64,000 nt of DNA from an uncultured Actinomycetota bacterium (GTDB taxonomy: Bacteria > Actinomycetota > Actinomycetes > Mycobacteriales > Pseudonocardiaceae): contig CAVSJZ010000033.1 of the NCBI GenBank assembly GCA_963728105.1, forward strand, positions 40,847-104,846, given 5' to 3'. The position numbers were made by a program, and so were the translations under genes. Below are positions 30,545-41,121 of the stretch, in pieces; position 1 is the first letter of the stretch; each line of letters starts with the position of its first letter. Under the pieces are notes generated by a model, which made no database searches, was not told the DNA's origin, and was given only the letters and a program-made list of their open reading frames with translations.

Positions 30545-31735
30545 ATGAGTGGGTCGGTTCTCCTTGCCTGGAGCGAGGAACTCCTGAACTACGATCTCGG
30601 GGCCACGCATCCGATGGCGCCGGGCAGGCTCGAGCTGACCATGGCCCTCGCCCGCGAGCTCGGCGTACTCGACCGCCGCGGGCTCCGGACCGCGGCACCG
30701 CGACCGGCGTCGTGCGACGTGCTCCGGCTCGTCCACGATCCGGCCTACGTCGACGCGGTCCGCGCCGCCGTGCCGGGCGACCCGCACCTGCACGACGCGT
30801 TCGGCCTCGGCGGTGAGGACAACCCGATCTTCGTCGGGATGCACGAGGCGTCGGCACTGGTCACCGGGGCGACGCTGGACGCCGCCGTCGCGGTGCGCAC
30901 CGGCACGGCGCTGCACGCCGTCAACCTCGCGGGCGGCCTGCATCACGCGATGCCCTCGCGCGCGTCCGGGTTCTGCGTCTACAACGACGCGGCCGTCGCC
31001 ATCGCGTGGCTGCTGGCGGACGGCGTGCAGCGGGTGGCCTACGTCGACCTGGACGCCCATCACGGCGACGGCGTGGAAGCCGCCTTCTACCACGACCCCC
31101 GGGTGCTGACCGTCAGCCTGCACGAGAGCGGCTACACGGCCTTCCCCGGCTCCGGCTTCCCCCGCGAGTCCGGCCACGGCGCCGCGGAAGGCCACGCGGT
31201 CAACGTCGCGCTGCCGGCTGGCACGGGCGACGCGGGCTGGCTGCGCGCGTTCCACGCCGTCGTGCCGCCGCTCGTGCGGGCGTTCGAGCCGCAGATCCTG
31301 CTCACCCAGCTCGGCTGCGACACCCACCGCCTCGACCCCCTCGCCCAGCTCGATCTCACCGTGGACGCGCACCGGCACAGCTACGGCGCGTTGCACCGGC
31401 TCGCGCACGAGGTCACCGGCGGCCGCTGGATCGCGGTGGGCGGTGGAGGGTACGAGGTCGTGCAGGTCGTGCCGCGCTCATGGACCCACCTGCTCGCCGA
31501 GATGACCGGCAGCCCGCTCGATCCCGACACCGCGACCCCGGACCGCTGGCTGGACCTGGTCTTCCGGCGCACCGGGCGCGAGGGACCCAAGCGCCTCACC
31601 GACGGCGTGGAACCGGCCTACACCACCTGGGACGCCGGCGAGGGCGACGCCGACGACCCGGTGGACCGGGCGATCGCCGCAACCCGCCGCTCGGTGTTCC
31701 CCGACCACGGGCTCGACCACATCGACCCGCGATGA
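30545..31735 (+). CDS. acuC: Acetoin utilization protein / Zn-dependent lysine deacetylase
   Basis: 'HPMAPGR', 'GGLHHA', 'SGFCVYND', 'DLDAHHGDGV', 'GGGGY'. Confidence 0.93.
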   Translation: MSGSVLLAWSEELLNYDLGATHPMAPGRLELTMALARELGVLDRRGLRTAAPRPASCDVLRLVHDPAYVDAVRAAVPGDPHLHDAFGLGGEDNPIFVGMHEASALVTGATLDAAVAVRTGTALHAVNLAGGLHHAMPSRASGFCVYNDAAVAIAWLLADGVQRVAYVDLDAHHGDGVEAAFYHDPRVLTVSLHESGYTAFPGSGFPRESGHGAAEGHAVNVALPAGTGDAGWLRAFHAVVPPLVRAFEPQILLTQLGCDTHRLDPLAQLDLTVDAHRHSYGALHRLAHEVTGGRWIAVGGGGYEVVQVVPRSWTHLLAEMTGSPLDPDTATPDRWLDLVFRRTGREGPKRLTDGVEPAYTTWDAGEGDADDPVDRAIAATRRSVFPDHGLDHIDPR

Positions 31736-31795
31736 ACCACGACGCGTCCTCGACGCCACCGACGAGAAGCACGTTCCTACCACGAAAGGTCTGCC

Positions 31796-33088
31796 ATGCA
31801 GGTCGATGAGCTACTCATGCCGTTCCCGATCAAGGAGTTCCACCCGTTCCCCCGGGCCATGCTGGGCCCGGGCGCGCACGAGATGATCGGACCGGAAGCC
31901 CTCAAGCTGGGGTTCAAGCGGACGCTCGTGATGACGTCGGGGCTGCGCGGCTCCGACATCATCCACAAGATCACCGAGTCGATGAAGTACCACGGGCTCG
32001 AGGTCGTGGTCTACGACCAGGTCGAGTCCAACCCCAAGGACTACAACGTCATGGACGCGGTAGCCCTCTACCAGCAGAACGACTGCGACAGCTTCGTCTC
32101 CATCGGCGGCGGCTCCAGCCACGACGCCTGCAAGGGCGCGCGCATCTCGGTCGCCCACGACGGCCGCAGCGTCAACGAGTTCGAGGGCTTCAACAAGTCG
32201 GAGAACCCGAAGAACCCGCCGCACATCGCCGTGTCCACCACGGCCGGAACCGGCTCGGAGACCTCGTGGGCGTACGTCATCACCGACACCACGACCGACC
32301 CGAACAACCCGCACAAGTACGTCGCGTTCGACGACGCCTCCGTGGCGACGCTGGCGATCGACGACCCGGTGCTGTTCTACAGCTGCCCGGTCGACTACAC
32401 CGCCCAGTGCGGCTTCGACGTGCTCGCGCACGCCTCCGAGCCGTACGTCTCGCGGCTGAACTTCCCGCCGTCACTGGGCAACGCGTTGTACGCGATCAAG
32501 CTGACCGCGGAGAACCTGCGGTCGGCCGTCTGGAACGGCCAGGACCTCCCCGGCCGCGAGGGCATGATGTACGCCCAGTACATCGCCGCGCAGGCGTTCA
32601 ACTCCGGCGGCCTGGGGATCATCCACTCGATCTCCCACGCCGTCAGCGCGTTCTACGACCTCCACCACGGCCTCAACAACGCGATCGCGTTGCCGCGCGT
32701 GTGGGCGTTCAACATGCCGGTGGCCTACAAGCGCTTCGCCGACATCGCCGGTCAGATGGGCGTCGACACCTACGGCATGACCGACGTGCAGGCCGCCGAG
32801 GCCGCGCTCGCCGCCGCCATCCGGCTGCTGCGCGACGTGGGCATCCCGGAGCGGTTCGTGGACGTCACGAAGGACTCCTACTCGAAGAACCGGCTCGGCA
32901 TGGGCCCGACGAAGTTCTACGAGAACGCCAAGGTCGTCACGGGCGACGGTCCGGACGTCGACCGGATCACCAACCACGTCCTCGGCGACGCCTGCACGCC
33001 GGGCAACGCCAAGGAGTGCACGTTCGAGACGGTGCGCCCGGTGGTCGACCACTGCATGAACGGGAGCCTCGACGACCTGCTGACCTGA
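31796..33088 (+). CDS. mdo: NDMA-dependent methanol/alcohol dehydrogenase (nicotinoprotein, mycofactocin-linked)
   Basis: Diagnostic N-terminus 'MQVDELLMPFPIKEFHPFPRAMLGPGAHE'; 'GGGSSHD', 'TTAGTGSE', 'HSISH', 'HGLNNAI'. Confidence 0.93.
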   Translation: MQVDELLMPFPIKEFHPFPRAMLGPGAHEMIGPEALKLGFKRTLVMTSGLRGSDIIHKITESMKYHGLEVVVYDQVESNPKDYNVMDAVALYQQNDCDSFVSIGGGSSHDACKGARISVAHDGRSVNEFEGFNKSENPKNPPHIAVSTTAGTGSETSWAYVITDTTTDPNNPHKYVAFDDASVATLAIDDPVLFYSCPVDYTAQCGFDVLAHASEPYVSRLNFPPSLGNALYAIKLTAENLRSAVWNGQDLPGREGMMYAQYIAAQAFNSGGLGIIHSISHAVSAFYDLHHGLNNAIALPRVWAFNMPVAYKRFADIAGQMGVDTYGMTDVQAAEAALAAAIRLLRDVGIPERFVDVTKDSYSKNRLGMGPTKFYENAKVVTGDGPDVDRITNHVLGDACTPGNAKECTFETVRPVVDHCMNGSLDDLLT

Positions 33089-33196
33089 GCGGCGCAGGTC
33101 CCGTCCGAACCGGCACGAACACCGCGGCCGGCGGGCACCCGACGCTCCCGGACGTCACGCCGGGAGCCGGGTGCCCGCTCACCGCCCGGAAGGAGC

Positions 33197-34393
33197 ATGG
33201 CCGTGCCCGAGCAGTCCGCCCCGTTCGAGTCCGTCGACGCCGTCGTGGAGGCGCTGCGCGACACCGGCTACATCGCCGACGTCCGGCTCGCCACGATGGT
33301 GTTCCTGGTGACACGGCTCGACAAGCCGCTGCTGGTCGAGGGCCCGGCGGGCGTCGGCAAGACCGGTCTGGCCAAGGCGCTGGCCGCCATCACCGGCCGA
33401 CGCCTGCTGCGCCTGCAGTGCTACGAGGGCCAGGACGACACCAAGGCGCTGTACGAGTGGGACTACGGCAAGCAACTGCTCTACACCCAGATCCTGCGCG
33501 AGAAGATCGGGCAGGTGGTCGCGGACGCGCCCGACCTGGAGTCGGCCGTCGACCGGATCGGCGCACAGGAGAGCGTGTTCTTCTCCGAGCGGTTCCTCGC
33601 ATCGCGGCCGCTGCTGGAGTCGATCCGGTCCGAGAAGCCGTGCGTCCTGTTGATCGACGAGATCGACCGCGCGGACGAGGCGCTGGAGGCCGTGCTGCTG
33701 GAGACCCTGGCCGAGTTCCAGGTGTCCGTCCCGGAGGTCGGCACCTTCACGACGGAGACCCCGCCGTACGTGATCCTGACCAGCAACAACACCCGTGACC
33801 TCTCCGCCGCGCTCAAGCGCCGCTGCCTGCACCTGTTCCTGGACTACCCCTCGGCCGAACGCGAGCTGGAGATCATCGGTTCGAAGGAAACGGGCCTGCC
33901 AGAGGCGCTGGCCAAGCAGCTGGTGGACATCGTCCGCGGGCTGCGCGAGCTCGAGCTGCGCAAGGCGCCCTCGATCTCCGAGACGATCGACTGGGCCCGC
34001 ACGCTCGCGGTGCTCGGCGTGGAGGAGCTCACGGCGACCATCCTCGCGGACACCGCGTCCGTCGTCGTGAAGTACGACAAGGATGTCCGGAGGGCCATCA
34101 GGTCGATGCCCCGGCTCGTCGACCCCAACGCCACCGCCCCCGAAACCGGCCACGGCCACGGCCACGACGGCGACCACGCCCACGCTGCCACCCCCGACCC
34201 GGACGCCCCAGCCGGGGAGGACGGTCCCCGCGTGCGCGCGGCGAAGGACCGGGCGGGCAGACACGGCGACGGCTACGGCAACCCGGTGCGGCCGGCCGGA
34301 CCCCCGGCCGCTGGGCCGGCACCCGGGCAGCGCGGCGTCACGTCGGGCCAGGGCAGCCGCTCCTTCGGGTTGGGCCGCAAGCGCGCTCTGTGA
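33197..34393 (+). CDS. MoxR/CoxD-type AAA+ ATPase (MadB-like) with His-rich tail
   Basis: 'GPAGVGKT', 'LQCYEG', 'LLIDEIDRAD', 'TSNNTRDLSAALKRRC'; tail 'GHGHGHDGDHAH'. Confidence 0.9.
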   Translation: MAVPEQSAPFESVDAVVEALRDTGYIADVRLATMVFLVTRLDKPLLVEGPAGVGKTGLAKALAAITGRRLLRLQCYEGQDDTKALYEWDYGKQLLYTQILREKIGQVVADAPDLESAVDRIGAQESVFFSERFLASRPLLESIRSEKPCVLLIDEIDRADEALEAVLLETLAEFQVSVPEVGTFTTETPPYVILTSNNTRDLSAALKRRCLHLFLDYPSAERELEIIGSKETGLPEALAKQLVDIVRGLRELELRKAPSISETIDWARTLAVLGVEELTATILADTASVVVKYDKDVRRAIRSMPRLVDPNATAPETGHGHGHDGDHAHAATPDPDAPAGEDGPRVRAAKDRAGRHGDGYGNPVRPAGPPAAGPAPGQRGVTSGQGSRSFGLGRKRAL

Positions 34394-34448
34394 GGGTCGC
34401 CGACCCCATCGATGCCGACAGGATCGTTCGAGCTGGAGAGGAACCGAC

Positions 34449-35627
34449 ATGGCGAGCAGTAGACACTGGTTCGAGACCGTCGCGGAGGCACAGCGCCGGG
34501 CCAAGAAGCGCCTGCCCAAGTCCGTGTACATGGCGCTGGTCGCGGGCTCGGAGCAGGGCGTCACCGCGGACGACAACGTGGCCGCCTTCCGCGAGCTGGG
34601 GTTCCGCCCGCGCGTCGCGGACCTGCCGCAGAACCGCGACCAGGCCACGAGCGTGTTGGGTCAGGACATCGCGTTCCCGGTGGTCATCTCGCCGACGGGG
34701 GTGCAGGCCGTCCATCCGGAGGGCGAGGTCGCCGTCGCCCGCGCCGCGGCCGCCGCCGGCACGGCCATCGGGCTGAGCTCCTTCGCCAGCCGGTCGGTCG
34801 AGGACGTCGCCGCGGCCAACGACAAGGTGTTCTTCCAGATGTACTGGGTCGGGACCCGGGAGCGGATCCTGCAGCGCGTGGAACGCGCGCGGCGCGCGGG
34901 GGCCAAGGCCCTCATCGTCACCCTCGACTGGTCGTTCGCCACCCGGCGCGACTGGGGCAGCCCGCCCATCCCGGAGCGGATCGACCTCAAGGCGATGGTG
35001 CGGTTCGCCCCCGAGATGGCCGTCCGGCCCGCGTACCTGCTCGAATGGGCCAGGAGCGGGAAGCTGCCCGACCTCACCTGCCCCAACCTCGCGGGCCCCG
35101 GCGAGGACCATCCGACGTTCTTCGGCGCCTACGGGGAGTGGATGGGCACCCCGCTGCCCACCTGGGACGACATCCGCTGGTTGCGCGAGGAATGGGGCGG
35201 CCCGTTCGCCGTCAAGGGGATCATGCATCCCGACGACGCCCGGCGGGCCGTCGACGCCGGCGCCACGGCGATCTCCGTGTCCAACCACGGCGGCAACAAC
35301 CTCGACGGGACGCCGGGCTCGATCCGCGCGTTGCCTGCGGTCGTGGACGCCGTCGGCGACCAGATCGAGGTCCTGCAGGACGGCGGCGTCCGTCGGGGCG
35401 GTGACGTGGTGAAGGCACTGGCACTGGGAGCCAAGGCCGTGCTGGTCGGCCGGGCCTACCTGTGGGGCATGGCGGCGGGCGGCGAGGCGGGCGTGTCCAA
35501 CGTGCTGTCCATCCTGCGCAGCGGGGTCGACGAGGCGCTGCTGGGCCTGGGCCGCTCGTCGGTCCACGACCTGGTCCGCGACGACCTGGTCATCCCGCCG
35601 GACTTCACCCGGGAGCCCCAGAAGTAG
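34449..35627 (+). CDS. mftD: Pre-mycofactocin synthase (FMN alpha-hydroxy-acid oxidase family)
   Basis: 'WFETVAEAQRRAKKRLPKSVY', 'SPTGVQAVHPEGEVAVARAA', 'RDWGSP', 'FFGAYGEWM', 'SNHGGNNLDGTP'. Confidence 0.92.
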   Translation: MASSRHWFETVAEAQRRAKKRLPKSVYMALVAGSEQGVTADDNVAAFRELGFRPRVADLPQNRDQATSVLGQDIAFPVVISPTGVQAVHPEGEVAVARAAAAAGTAIGLSSFASRSVEDVAAANDKVFFQMYWVGTRERILQRVERARRAGAKALIVTLDWSFATRRDWGSPPIPERIDLKAMVRFAPEMAVRPAYLLEWARSGKLPDLTCPNLAGPGEDHPTFFGAYGEWMGTPLPTWDDIRWLREEWGGPFAVKGIMHPDDARRAVDAGATAISVSNHGGNNLDGTPGSIRALPAVVDAVGDQIEVLQDGGVRRGGDVVKALALGAKAVLVGRAYLWGMAAGGEAGVSNVLSILRSGVDEALLGLGRSSVHDLVRDDLVIPPDFTREPQK

Positions 35628-35639
35628 CGGGCCCGGTGT

Positions 35640-36065
35640 TCAGCCGGCCTGCCCCGCGGGGAGGTCCCGACCGCGCGGGGCAGGGCAGCCCTCGAGCCAC
35701 TCCTGCTCCGCAGGGTCGAACACCCGGCTGCGGGTCAGGAACCGCACGCCTTCGGGCGCCTCCACGCTGAAGCCCGCACCGCGGCCCGCGACGACGTCGA
35801 GCAGCAGCTGCGTGTGCTGCCACCGCTCGAACTGGGCTCCGGAGATCCACACCGGGGTCTCGGCGTCGCCGTCGCGCAGGACGCCCAATAGCACGTCCGC
35901 GTCCCCGACGATGAAGTCCGGCCTCGGGAAGCACATCGGGGCCGACCCGTCGCAGCAGCCGCCGGACTGGTGGAACATCAGCGGGCCGTGTTGCACCCGG
36001 AGGCGGCGCAGCACCGCAGCCGCCTCCGGGGTGATCGCGACCCGCACGACCGCTGGGGGGGTCAT
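35640..36065 (-). CDS. DUF779 domain protein
   Basis: 'HGPLMFHQSGGCCDGSAPMCF', 'GRGAGFSVEAPEGVRFL'. Confidence 0.93.
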   Translation of the reverse strand: MTPPAVVRVAITPEAAAVLRRLRVQHGPLMFHQSGGCCDGSAPMCFPRPDFIVGDADVLLGVLRDGDAETPVWISGAQFERWQHTQLLLDVVAGRGAGFSVEAPEGVRFLTRSRVFDPAEQEWLEGCPAPRGRDLPAGQAG

Positions 36066-36068
36066 GAC

Positions 36069-37592
36069 TCAGAAGAAGCCCTGGGCCTTGGGTGTGTAGC
36101 TGACCAGCAGGTTCTTCGTCTGCTGGTAGTGATCCAGCATCATCTTGTGGTTCTCGCGACCGATGCCCGACTGCTTGTAGCCGCCGAACGCCGCATGCGC
36201 CGGGTAGGCGTGGTAGCAGTTCGTCCACACCCGACCGGCCTGGATGGCCCGACCGGCCCGGTAGGCGCGGGTGCCGTCGCGGGTCCACACCCCCGACCCC
36301 AGCCCGTAGAGGGTGTCGTTGGCGATCGCGATGGCGTCGTCGTAGCCGTCGAAGCTGGTCACCGACACGACCGGACCGAAGATCTCCTCCTGGAAGATCC
36401 GCATGTCGTTGGTGCCCTCGAAGATGGTCGGCTGCATGTAGTAGCCGCCCGACAGCTCGCCGCCCAGGTCGGCCCGCTCGCCGCCGGTGGCCACCCGCGC
36501 GCCTTCTCCCTTGCCGATCTCGACGTAGGCCAGGATCTTCTCCAGCTGGTCGTTGCTGGCCTGCGCGCCGATCATCGTGTCCGTGTCGAGCGGGTTGCCC
36601 TGCCGCACCGCCTTGGTCCGGATGACGGCCGCGGCCAGGAACTCGTCGTAGATGGACGCCTCGATGAGCGCCCGCGACGGGGAGGTGCACACCTCGCCCT
36701 GGTTGAGGGCGAACATCGTGAAGCCTTCCAGCGCCTTGTCCTGGAAGTCGTCGTTCTCCGCCATCACGTCGGCGAAGAAGATGTTCGGGCTCTTCCCGCC
36801 GAGCTCGAGCGTGACCGGGATGAGGTTCTGCGAGGCGTACTGCATGATCAGCCTCCCGGTGGTGGTCTCACCGGTGAAGGCGATCTTGCGGATCCGGCTG
36901 CTCGACGCCAGCGGCTTGCCCGCCTCGACACCGAACCCGTTGACCACGTTGAGCACGCCCGGCGGCAGCAGGTCACCGATGATCTTCATCAGCGCCAGCA
37001 TGGACACCGGCGTCTGCTCGGCGGGCTTGAGGACGATCGCGTTCCCCGCCGCGAGCGCGGGGGCCAGTTTCCAGACCGCCATGAGCAGCGGGAAGTTCCA
37101 CGGGATGATCTGGCCGACCACGCCGAGCGGCTCGTGGAAGTGATAGGCGACGGTGTCGTCGTCAACCTGGGAGAGGCCGCCCTCCTGGGCACGGATGGCG
37201 CCGGCGAAGTAGCGGAAGTGGTCGACGGCCAGCGGCAGGTCGGCGGCGAGGCATTCCCGCACCGGCTTGCCGTTGTCCCAGGACTCGATGACGGCGAGGT
37301 GTTCGAGGTTCTCCTCGATCCGGTCCGCGATCTTGTTCAGGACCAGTGCGCGTTCGCCGGCCGAGGTCCTGCCCCACGCGGGCGCGGCGGCGTGGGCCGC
37401 GTCGAGGGCGAGCTCGACGTCGGCTGCGGTCGAGCGGGCCACCTCGCAGTAGACCTGCCCGGTCACCGGGGTCGGGTTGTCGAAGTACCGGCCGTCGACC
37501 GGCGCGACGAACTCTCCTCCGATCCAGTTGTCGTAGCGGGTTTGGACGTCGGCGGGACTTCCCGGCTGGCCGGGGGGTGCGTAGACGGTCAT
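36069..37592 (-). CDS. NAD-dependent aldehyde dehydrogenase (AldB/ExaC type)
   Basis: 'IIPWNFP', 'FTGETTTG', 'LELGGKSP', 'NQGEVCT', '[10 protein letters not shown]'. Confidence 0.95.
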   Translation of the reverse strand: MTVYAPPGQPGSPADVQTRYDNWIGGEFVAPVDGRYFDNPTPVTGQVYCEVARSTAADVELALDAAHAAAPAWGRTSAGERALVLNKIADRIEENLEHLAVIESWDNGKPVRECLAADLPLAVDHFRYFAGAIRAQEGGLSQVDDDTVAYHFHEPLGVVGQIIPWNFPLLMAVWKLAPALAAGNAIVLKPAEQTPVSMLALMKIIGDLLPPGVLNVVNGFGVEAGKPLASSSRIRKIAFTGETTTGRLIMQYASQNLIPVTLELGGKSPNIFFADVMAENDDFQDKALEGFTMFALNQGEVCTSPSRALIEASIYDEFLAAAVIRTKAVRQGNPLDTDTMIGAQASNDQLEKILAYVEIGKGEGARVATGGERADLGGELSGGYYMQPTIFEGTNDMRIFQEEIFGPVVSVTSFDGYDDAIAIANDTLYGLGSGVWTRDGTRAYRAGRAIQAGRVWTNCYHAYPAHAAFGGYKQSGIGRENHKMMLDHYQQTKNLLVSYTPKAQGFF

Positions 37593-37990
37593 GTGAGCCT
37601 CCTGGGTTCGTGGTCCGCCCGCTGCGGGGTCTCGCACGCGGGGGAAAGGGTGACGAAATGCAGGTTGTCGCCTGCGGGCAGCGAGAAGCCCTCGGCCGGG
37701 CCCGCCGCGACGTCGAGGACGAACCTGTCCTGGTGCCATGCGCGGTCGAGACCGGCGTCGATGTAGAACGGGCACCCCTCGATCTCGCCGAGGAGGACGT
37801 CGTTGTCACCGACGAGGAACTCGCCCGCGGGAAAGCACATCGGCGTGCTGCCTGCGCAGCAGCCGCCGGACTGGACGAACATCACCGGCGCGCCCCGGTC
37901 GGCGAGCAGGCGGGTGAGCGCCTGTTCCGCCGCCGGGGTCGCCGTGATCCGCGGTGGTGATGCCGTCTCGAGGGGCGGGGTGTCCGACAT
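37589..37990 (-). CDS. DUF779 domain protein (divergent paralog)
   Basis: '[22 protein letters not shown]', 'GPAEGFSL'. Confidence 0.88.
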   Translation of the reverse strand: MSDTPPLETASPPRITATPAAEQALTRLLADRGAPVMFVQSGGCCAGSTPMCFPAGEFLVGDNDVLLGEIEGCPFYIDAGLDRAWHQDRFVLDVAAGPAEGFSLPAGDNLHFVTLSPACETPQRADHEPRRLT

Positions 37991-37997
37991 CGCGGTC

Positions 37998-39518
37998 TCA
38001 GAACAGCCCGAGTGGCTTGTCGCTGTAGCTGACGAGCAGGTTCTTCGTCTCGCTGTAGTGATCGAGCATCATCCGGTGGTTCTCCCGGCCGATGCCGGAG
38101 ATCTTGTATCCGCCGAACGCGGCGCCCGCGGGGTACTGGTGGTAGCAGTTGGTCCACACGCGGCCCGCCTTGATGGCGCGGCCCATCGTGTAGGCGCGCG
38201 TGCCGTCGCGCGTCCAGACCCCGGCACCGAGACCGTAGAGGGTGTCGTTGGCGATCGCGAGGGCCTCGGCGTCGTCGGTGAACGTGGTGACGGCGAGGAC
38301 CGGCCCGAAGATCTCCTCCTGGAAGACGCGCATCTTGTTGTCGCCCTTGAGCACCGTCGGCTGGAAGAAGTAGCCGCCGGCGAGCTCGCCGTCGAGGTTC
38401 GTCCGCTCCCCGCCGATCAGCACCTCGGCACCTTCGCCCCGCCCGATCTCGACGTAGGAGGCGATCTTCTCGATCTGCTGCGCGGACACCTGCGGGCCGA
38501 GCTGGGTGTCGGTGTCGAGGGGGTCGCCCTGCCTGATCGCGGCGATCCGCTCGATGCACCGCGCCATGAACGCCTCGTAGATGTCCTCCTGCACCAGTGC
38601 CCGCGACGGGGCCGTGCAGACCTCGCCCTTGTTGAACGCGAACAGCACGAGGCCCTCGACGGCCTTGTCCAGGAAGTCGTCGTCGTGGGCCATGACGTCG
38701 GAGAAGAAGATGTTGGGCGACTTGCCGCCGAGCTCGACCGTGCTCGGGATGATGTTCTGGGCGGCATACTGCATGATCAGCCGTCCGGTCACGGTCTCAC
38801 CGGTGAACGAGATCTTCGCGATGCGCGGGTTCGCCGCCAGGGCCTTGCCGACCTCGGCGCCGGGGCCCGTGATGACGTTGATCACGCCCGGCGGGACGAC
38901 GTCCTCGATCACCTCGATCAGCTTCAGGATCGACCACGGGGTCGGCGAGGCGGGCTTGAGGATCGCGCAGTTCCCTGCGGCCAGCGCGGGGGCGAGCTTC
39001 CACGCGGCCATGAGCAGCGGGAAGTTGAACGGGATGATCTGTCCGACCACCCCGAGGGGCTCGCGGAAATGGTACGCGACGAGATCCTTCTCGATCTCGG
39101 TCGACGTGCCCTCCTCCGCGCGGGCAGCAGCGGCGAAGTACCGGAAATGGTCGACGACCAGCGGCAGGTCCGCATTCAGCGCCTCGCGGACCGGCTTGCC
39201 GTTCTCCCAGCTCTCCGCGACGGCGAGCATCTCCCTGTTCGCGTCGATCGCGTCCGCGATGGCGTTGAGCACCGCGGCGCGTTCGGTCGCGGACCTCTCT
39301 CCCCAGGCGTCCTTCGCCGCGTGCGCGGCGTCCAGCGCGAGCTCGACGTCCTCGGGCGTCGAGTGCGCGACCTCGGTGATCGGTCGGCCCGTGGCCGGGC
39401 ACAGGTCGGCGCGGTACTTGCCCTGTGTCGGCGCCAGCCACTTGCCGCCGATGAAGTTCTCGTATCGCGGCGCGACGGTGACGATGCTGTCGGTATGGCC
39501 AGGCGGTGCGTACTTCAT
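37998..39518 (-). CDS. NAD-dependent aldehyde dehydrogenase (second paralog)
   Basis: 'IIPFNFP', 'VELGGKSP', 'NKGEVCT', '[10 protein letters not shown]'. Confidence 0.95.
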   Translation of the reverse strand: MKYAPPGHTDSIVTVAPRYENFIGGKWLAPTQGKYRADLCPATGRPITEVAHSTPEDVELALDAAHAAKDAWGERSATERAAVLNAIADAIDANREMLAVAESWENGKPVREALNADLPLVVDHFRYFAAAARAEEGTSTEIEKDLVAYHFREPLGVVGQIIPFNFPLLMAAWKLAPALAAGNCAILKPASPTPWSILKLIEVIEDVVPPGVINVITGPGAEVGKALAANPRIAKISFTGETVTGRLIMQYAAQNIIPSTVELGGKSPNIFFSDVMAHDDDFLDKAVEGLVLFAFNKGEVCTAPSRALVQEDIYEAFMARCIERIAAIRQGDPLDTDTQLGPQVSAQQIEKIASYVEIGRGEGAEVLIGGERTNLDGELAGGYFFQPTVLKGDNKMRVFQEEIFGPVLAVTTFTDDAEALAIANDTLYGLGAGVWTRDGTRAYTMGRAIKAGRVWTNCYHQYPAGAAFGGYKISGIGRENHRMMLDHYSETKNLLVSYSDKPLGLF

Positions 39519-40195
39519 TCAGGACTCCTCTGGGTAATGTCTCGGGTGATGTCTCGGGTTCGGTCGTTCCGCTGTGCGCCGGAGCGCACATTCAGCTCTG
39601 GCACCCGGCGGCGATCGAGATGGCGAGCCGCGGCCGGCCCCGCCGATGTGAGCCCGCAGCACACGGCCGCGATGATCCGGTCATGGCGGCGGCGGCGGAC
39701 GACGAGCGACGATCGGCGACGGCCGCGCCACAACGGGCCGCCAGAGCGCCTCGCCCCGCGTGTCGGGCGGTGGTGGCGGAACGTGTCGGGTGTGTCGTTC
39801 AGGAGACCGCGTCCCGGCGCGGCGGGAAAGGGCCGATCCGAGCACGACTCATCGCGGACGCCAAAAACACGTGCGACATCGGCTGCCGGGCCCCGCGCGA
39901 AGGCTGCCATCGAGGCGCGCGCCAACCCGACACCCACCCGTGCCCTCTGCCGCCGGCATAGCGGACACCGCGTGCGAATGCGCCCGAGACCCTGCTGAAG
40001 CGGCCCGACGGCGGGCCCTATGCGCCGTGGACCAGGGCGTAGTCCCCTATGCGACGAGGCTCCCCCGCGCACAGGCTCGGCTCACGGTCAGTGCGACACA
40101 CGGTCGGGCCACCGTTCACGTCGCTCACACCGGGCCGCGTCAGCGACGACCCGGCCGGTCCGTGACGTCGCCTTCCACCGAGAACGGACTACACC

Positions 40196-41047
40196 GTGAA
40201 CACCGCGTTGCTCGTCGTCGTCATCGTCGTCGTCGTACTGCTCGTCCTCGTGGGTCGGGCGATACGGATCGTGAAGCAGTACGAGAAGGGTGTGGTGTTC
40301 CGCCTCGGGCGCGTGGCCGGGGTCCGGGATCCGGGTTTCCGGATGATGATCCCGTTCGTCGACGTGATGCACCGGGTCTCGCTGCGGATCGTCACGATGC
40401 CGATCCAGTCCCAGGGGATCATCACCCGCGACAACGTGAGCGTCGACGTCTCGGCGGTCGCCTACTTCCGCGTCGTCGACGCGGTGAAGTCGGTGGTCGC
40501 GATCGAGAACGTCTACGCCGCGATCGACCAGATCGCCCAGACCACCCTGCGGAAGGTCGTCGGGCAGCACACGCTCGACGAGACGCTGTCGGAGACCGAC
40601 CGGATCAACAAGGACATCCGCGAGATCCTCGACGTCTCCACCGTCGAGTGGGGCGTCGAGGTGACGCTCGTCGAGCTCAAGGACATCCAGCTGCCCGACA
40701 GCATGAAGCGGGCGATGGCCCGGCAGGCCGAGGCGGAGCGCGAGAAGCGCGCCAAGATCATCAACGCCGAGGGTGAGCACCTCGCCGCGGCCGCGCTCGG
40801 GGACGCGTCCGACATCATGATGCAGCACCCGCTGGCCCTGCAGCTGCGCAACCTGCAGAGCCTCGTGGAGATCGGTGTCGACAAGAACACCACCGTCGTC
40901 TTCCCGGCCCCGTTGATGAGCACCATCGGGGAGCTGGGCACCTTCCTCGCCAGGGAGGCCGCCGACGCCCGCGCCGCGGCACCGGTCACGACCGCGCTGC
41001 CGCTGGTGGCCGCATCCAACGGGGCCGCAGACCACAACGGCACCTGA
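40196..41047 (+). CDS. SPFH/band-7 (stomatin/slipin) protein
   Basis: N-terminal TM; '[12 protein letters not shown]', 'ITRDNVSV', '[17 protein letters not shown]', 'ALQLRNLQ'. Confidence 0.95.
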   Translation: MNTALLVVVIVVVVLLVLVGRAIRIVKQYEKGVVFRLGRVAGVRDPGFRMMIPFVDVMHRVSLRIVTMPIQSQGIITRDNVSVDVSAVAYFRVVDAVKSVVAIENVYAAIDQIAQTTLRKVVGQHTLDETLSETDRINKDIREILDVSTVEWGVEVTLVELKDIQLPDSMKRAMARQAEAEREKRAKIINAEGEHLAAAALGDASDIMMQHPLALQLRNLQSLVEIGVDKNTTVVFPAPLMSTIGELGTFLAREAADARAAAPVTTALPLVAASNGAADHNGT

Positions 41048-41121
41048 TACGAGGTCACGACGTGGAGCGGCGCCGTCGCGGGGGCGTCGTCGGCCGTGCG
41101 ACGAAGAAGGAGAACCCCACC

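Noticed and set aside
39538-39559. Tandem ATGTCTCGGGT x2 in the ALDH leader
   Set aside because: Two copies only; cannot tell an operator from local slippage
39647-39663. CRP/GlxR-like site TGTGA-N7-GCACA upstream of the ALDH operon
   Set aside because: Spacer is 7, not 6; plausible only if there is an indel error
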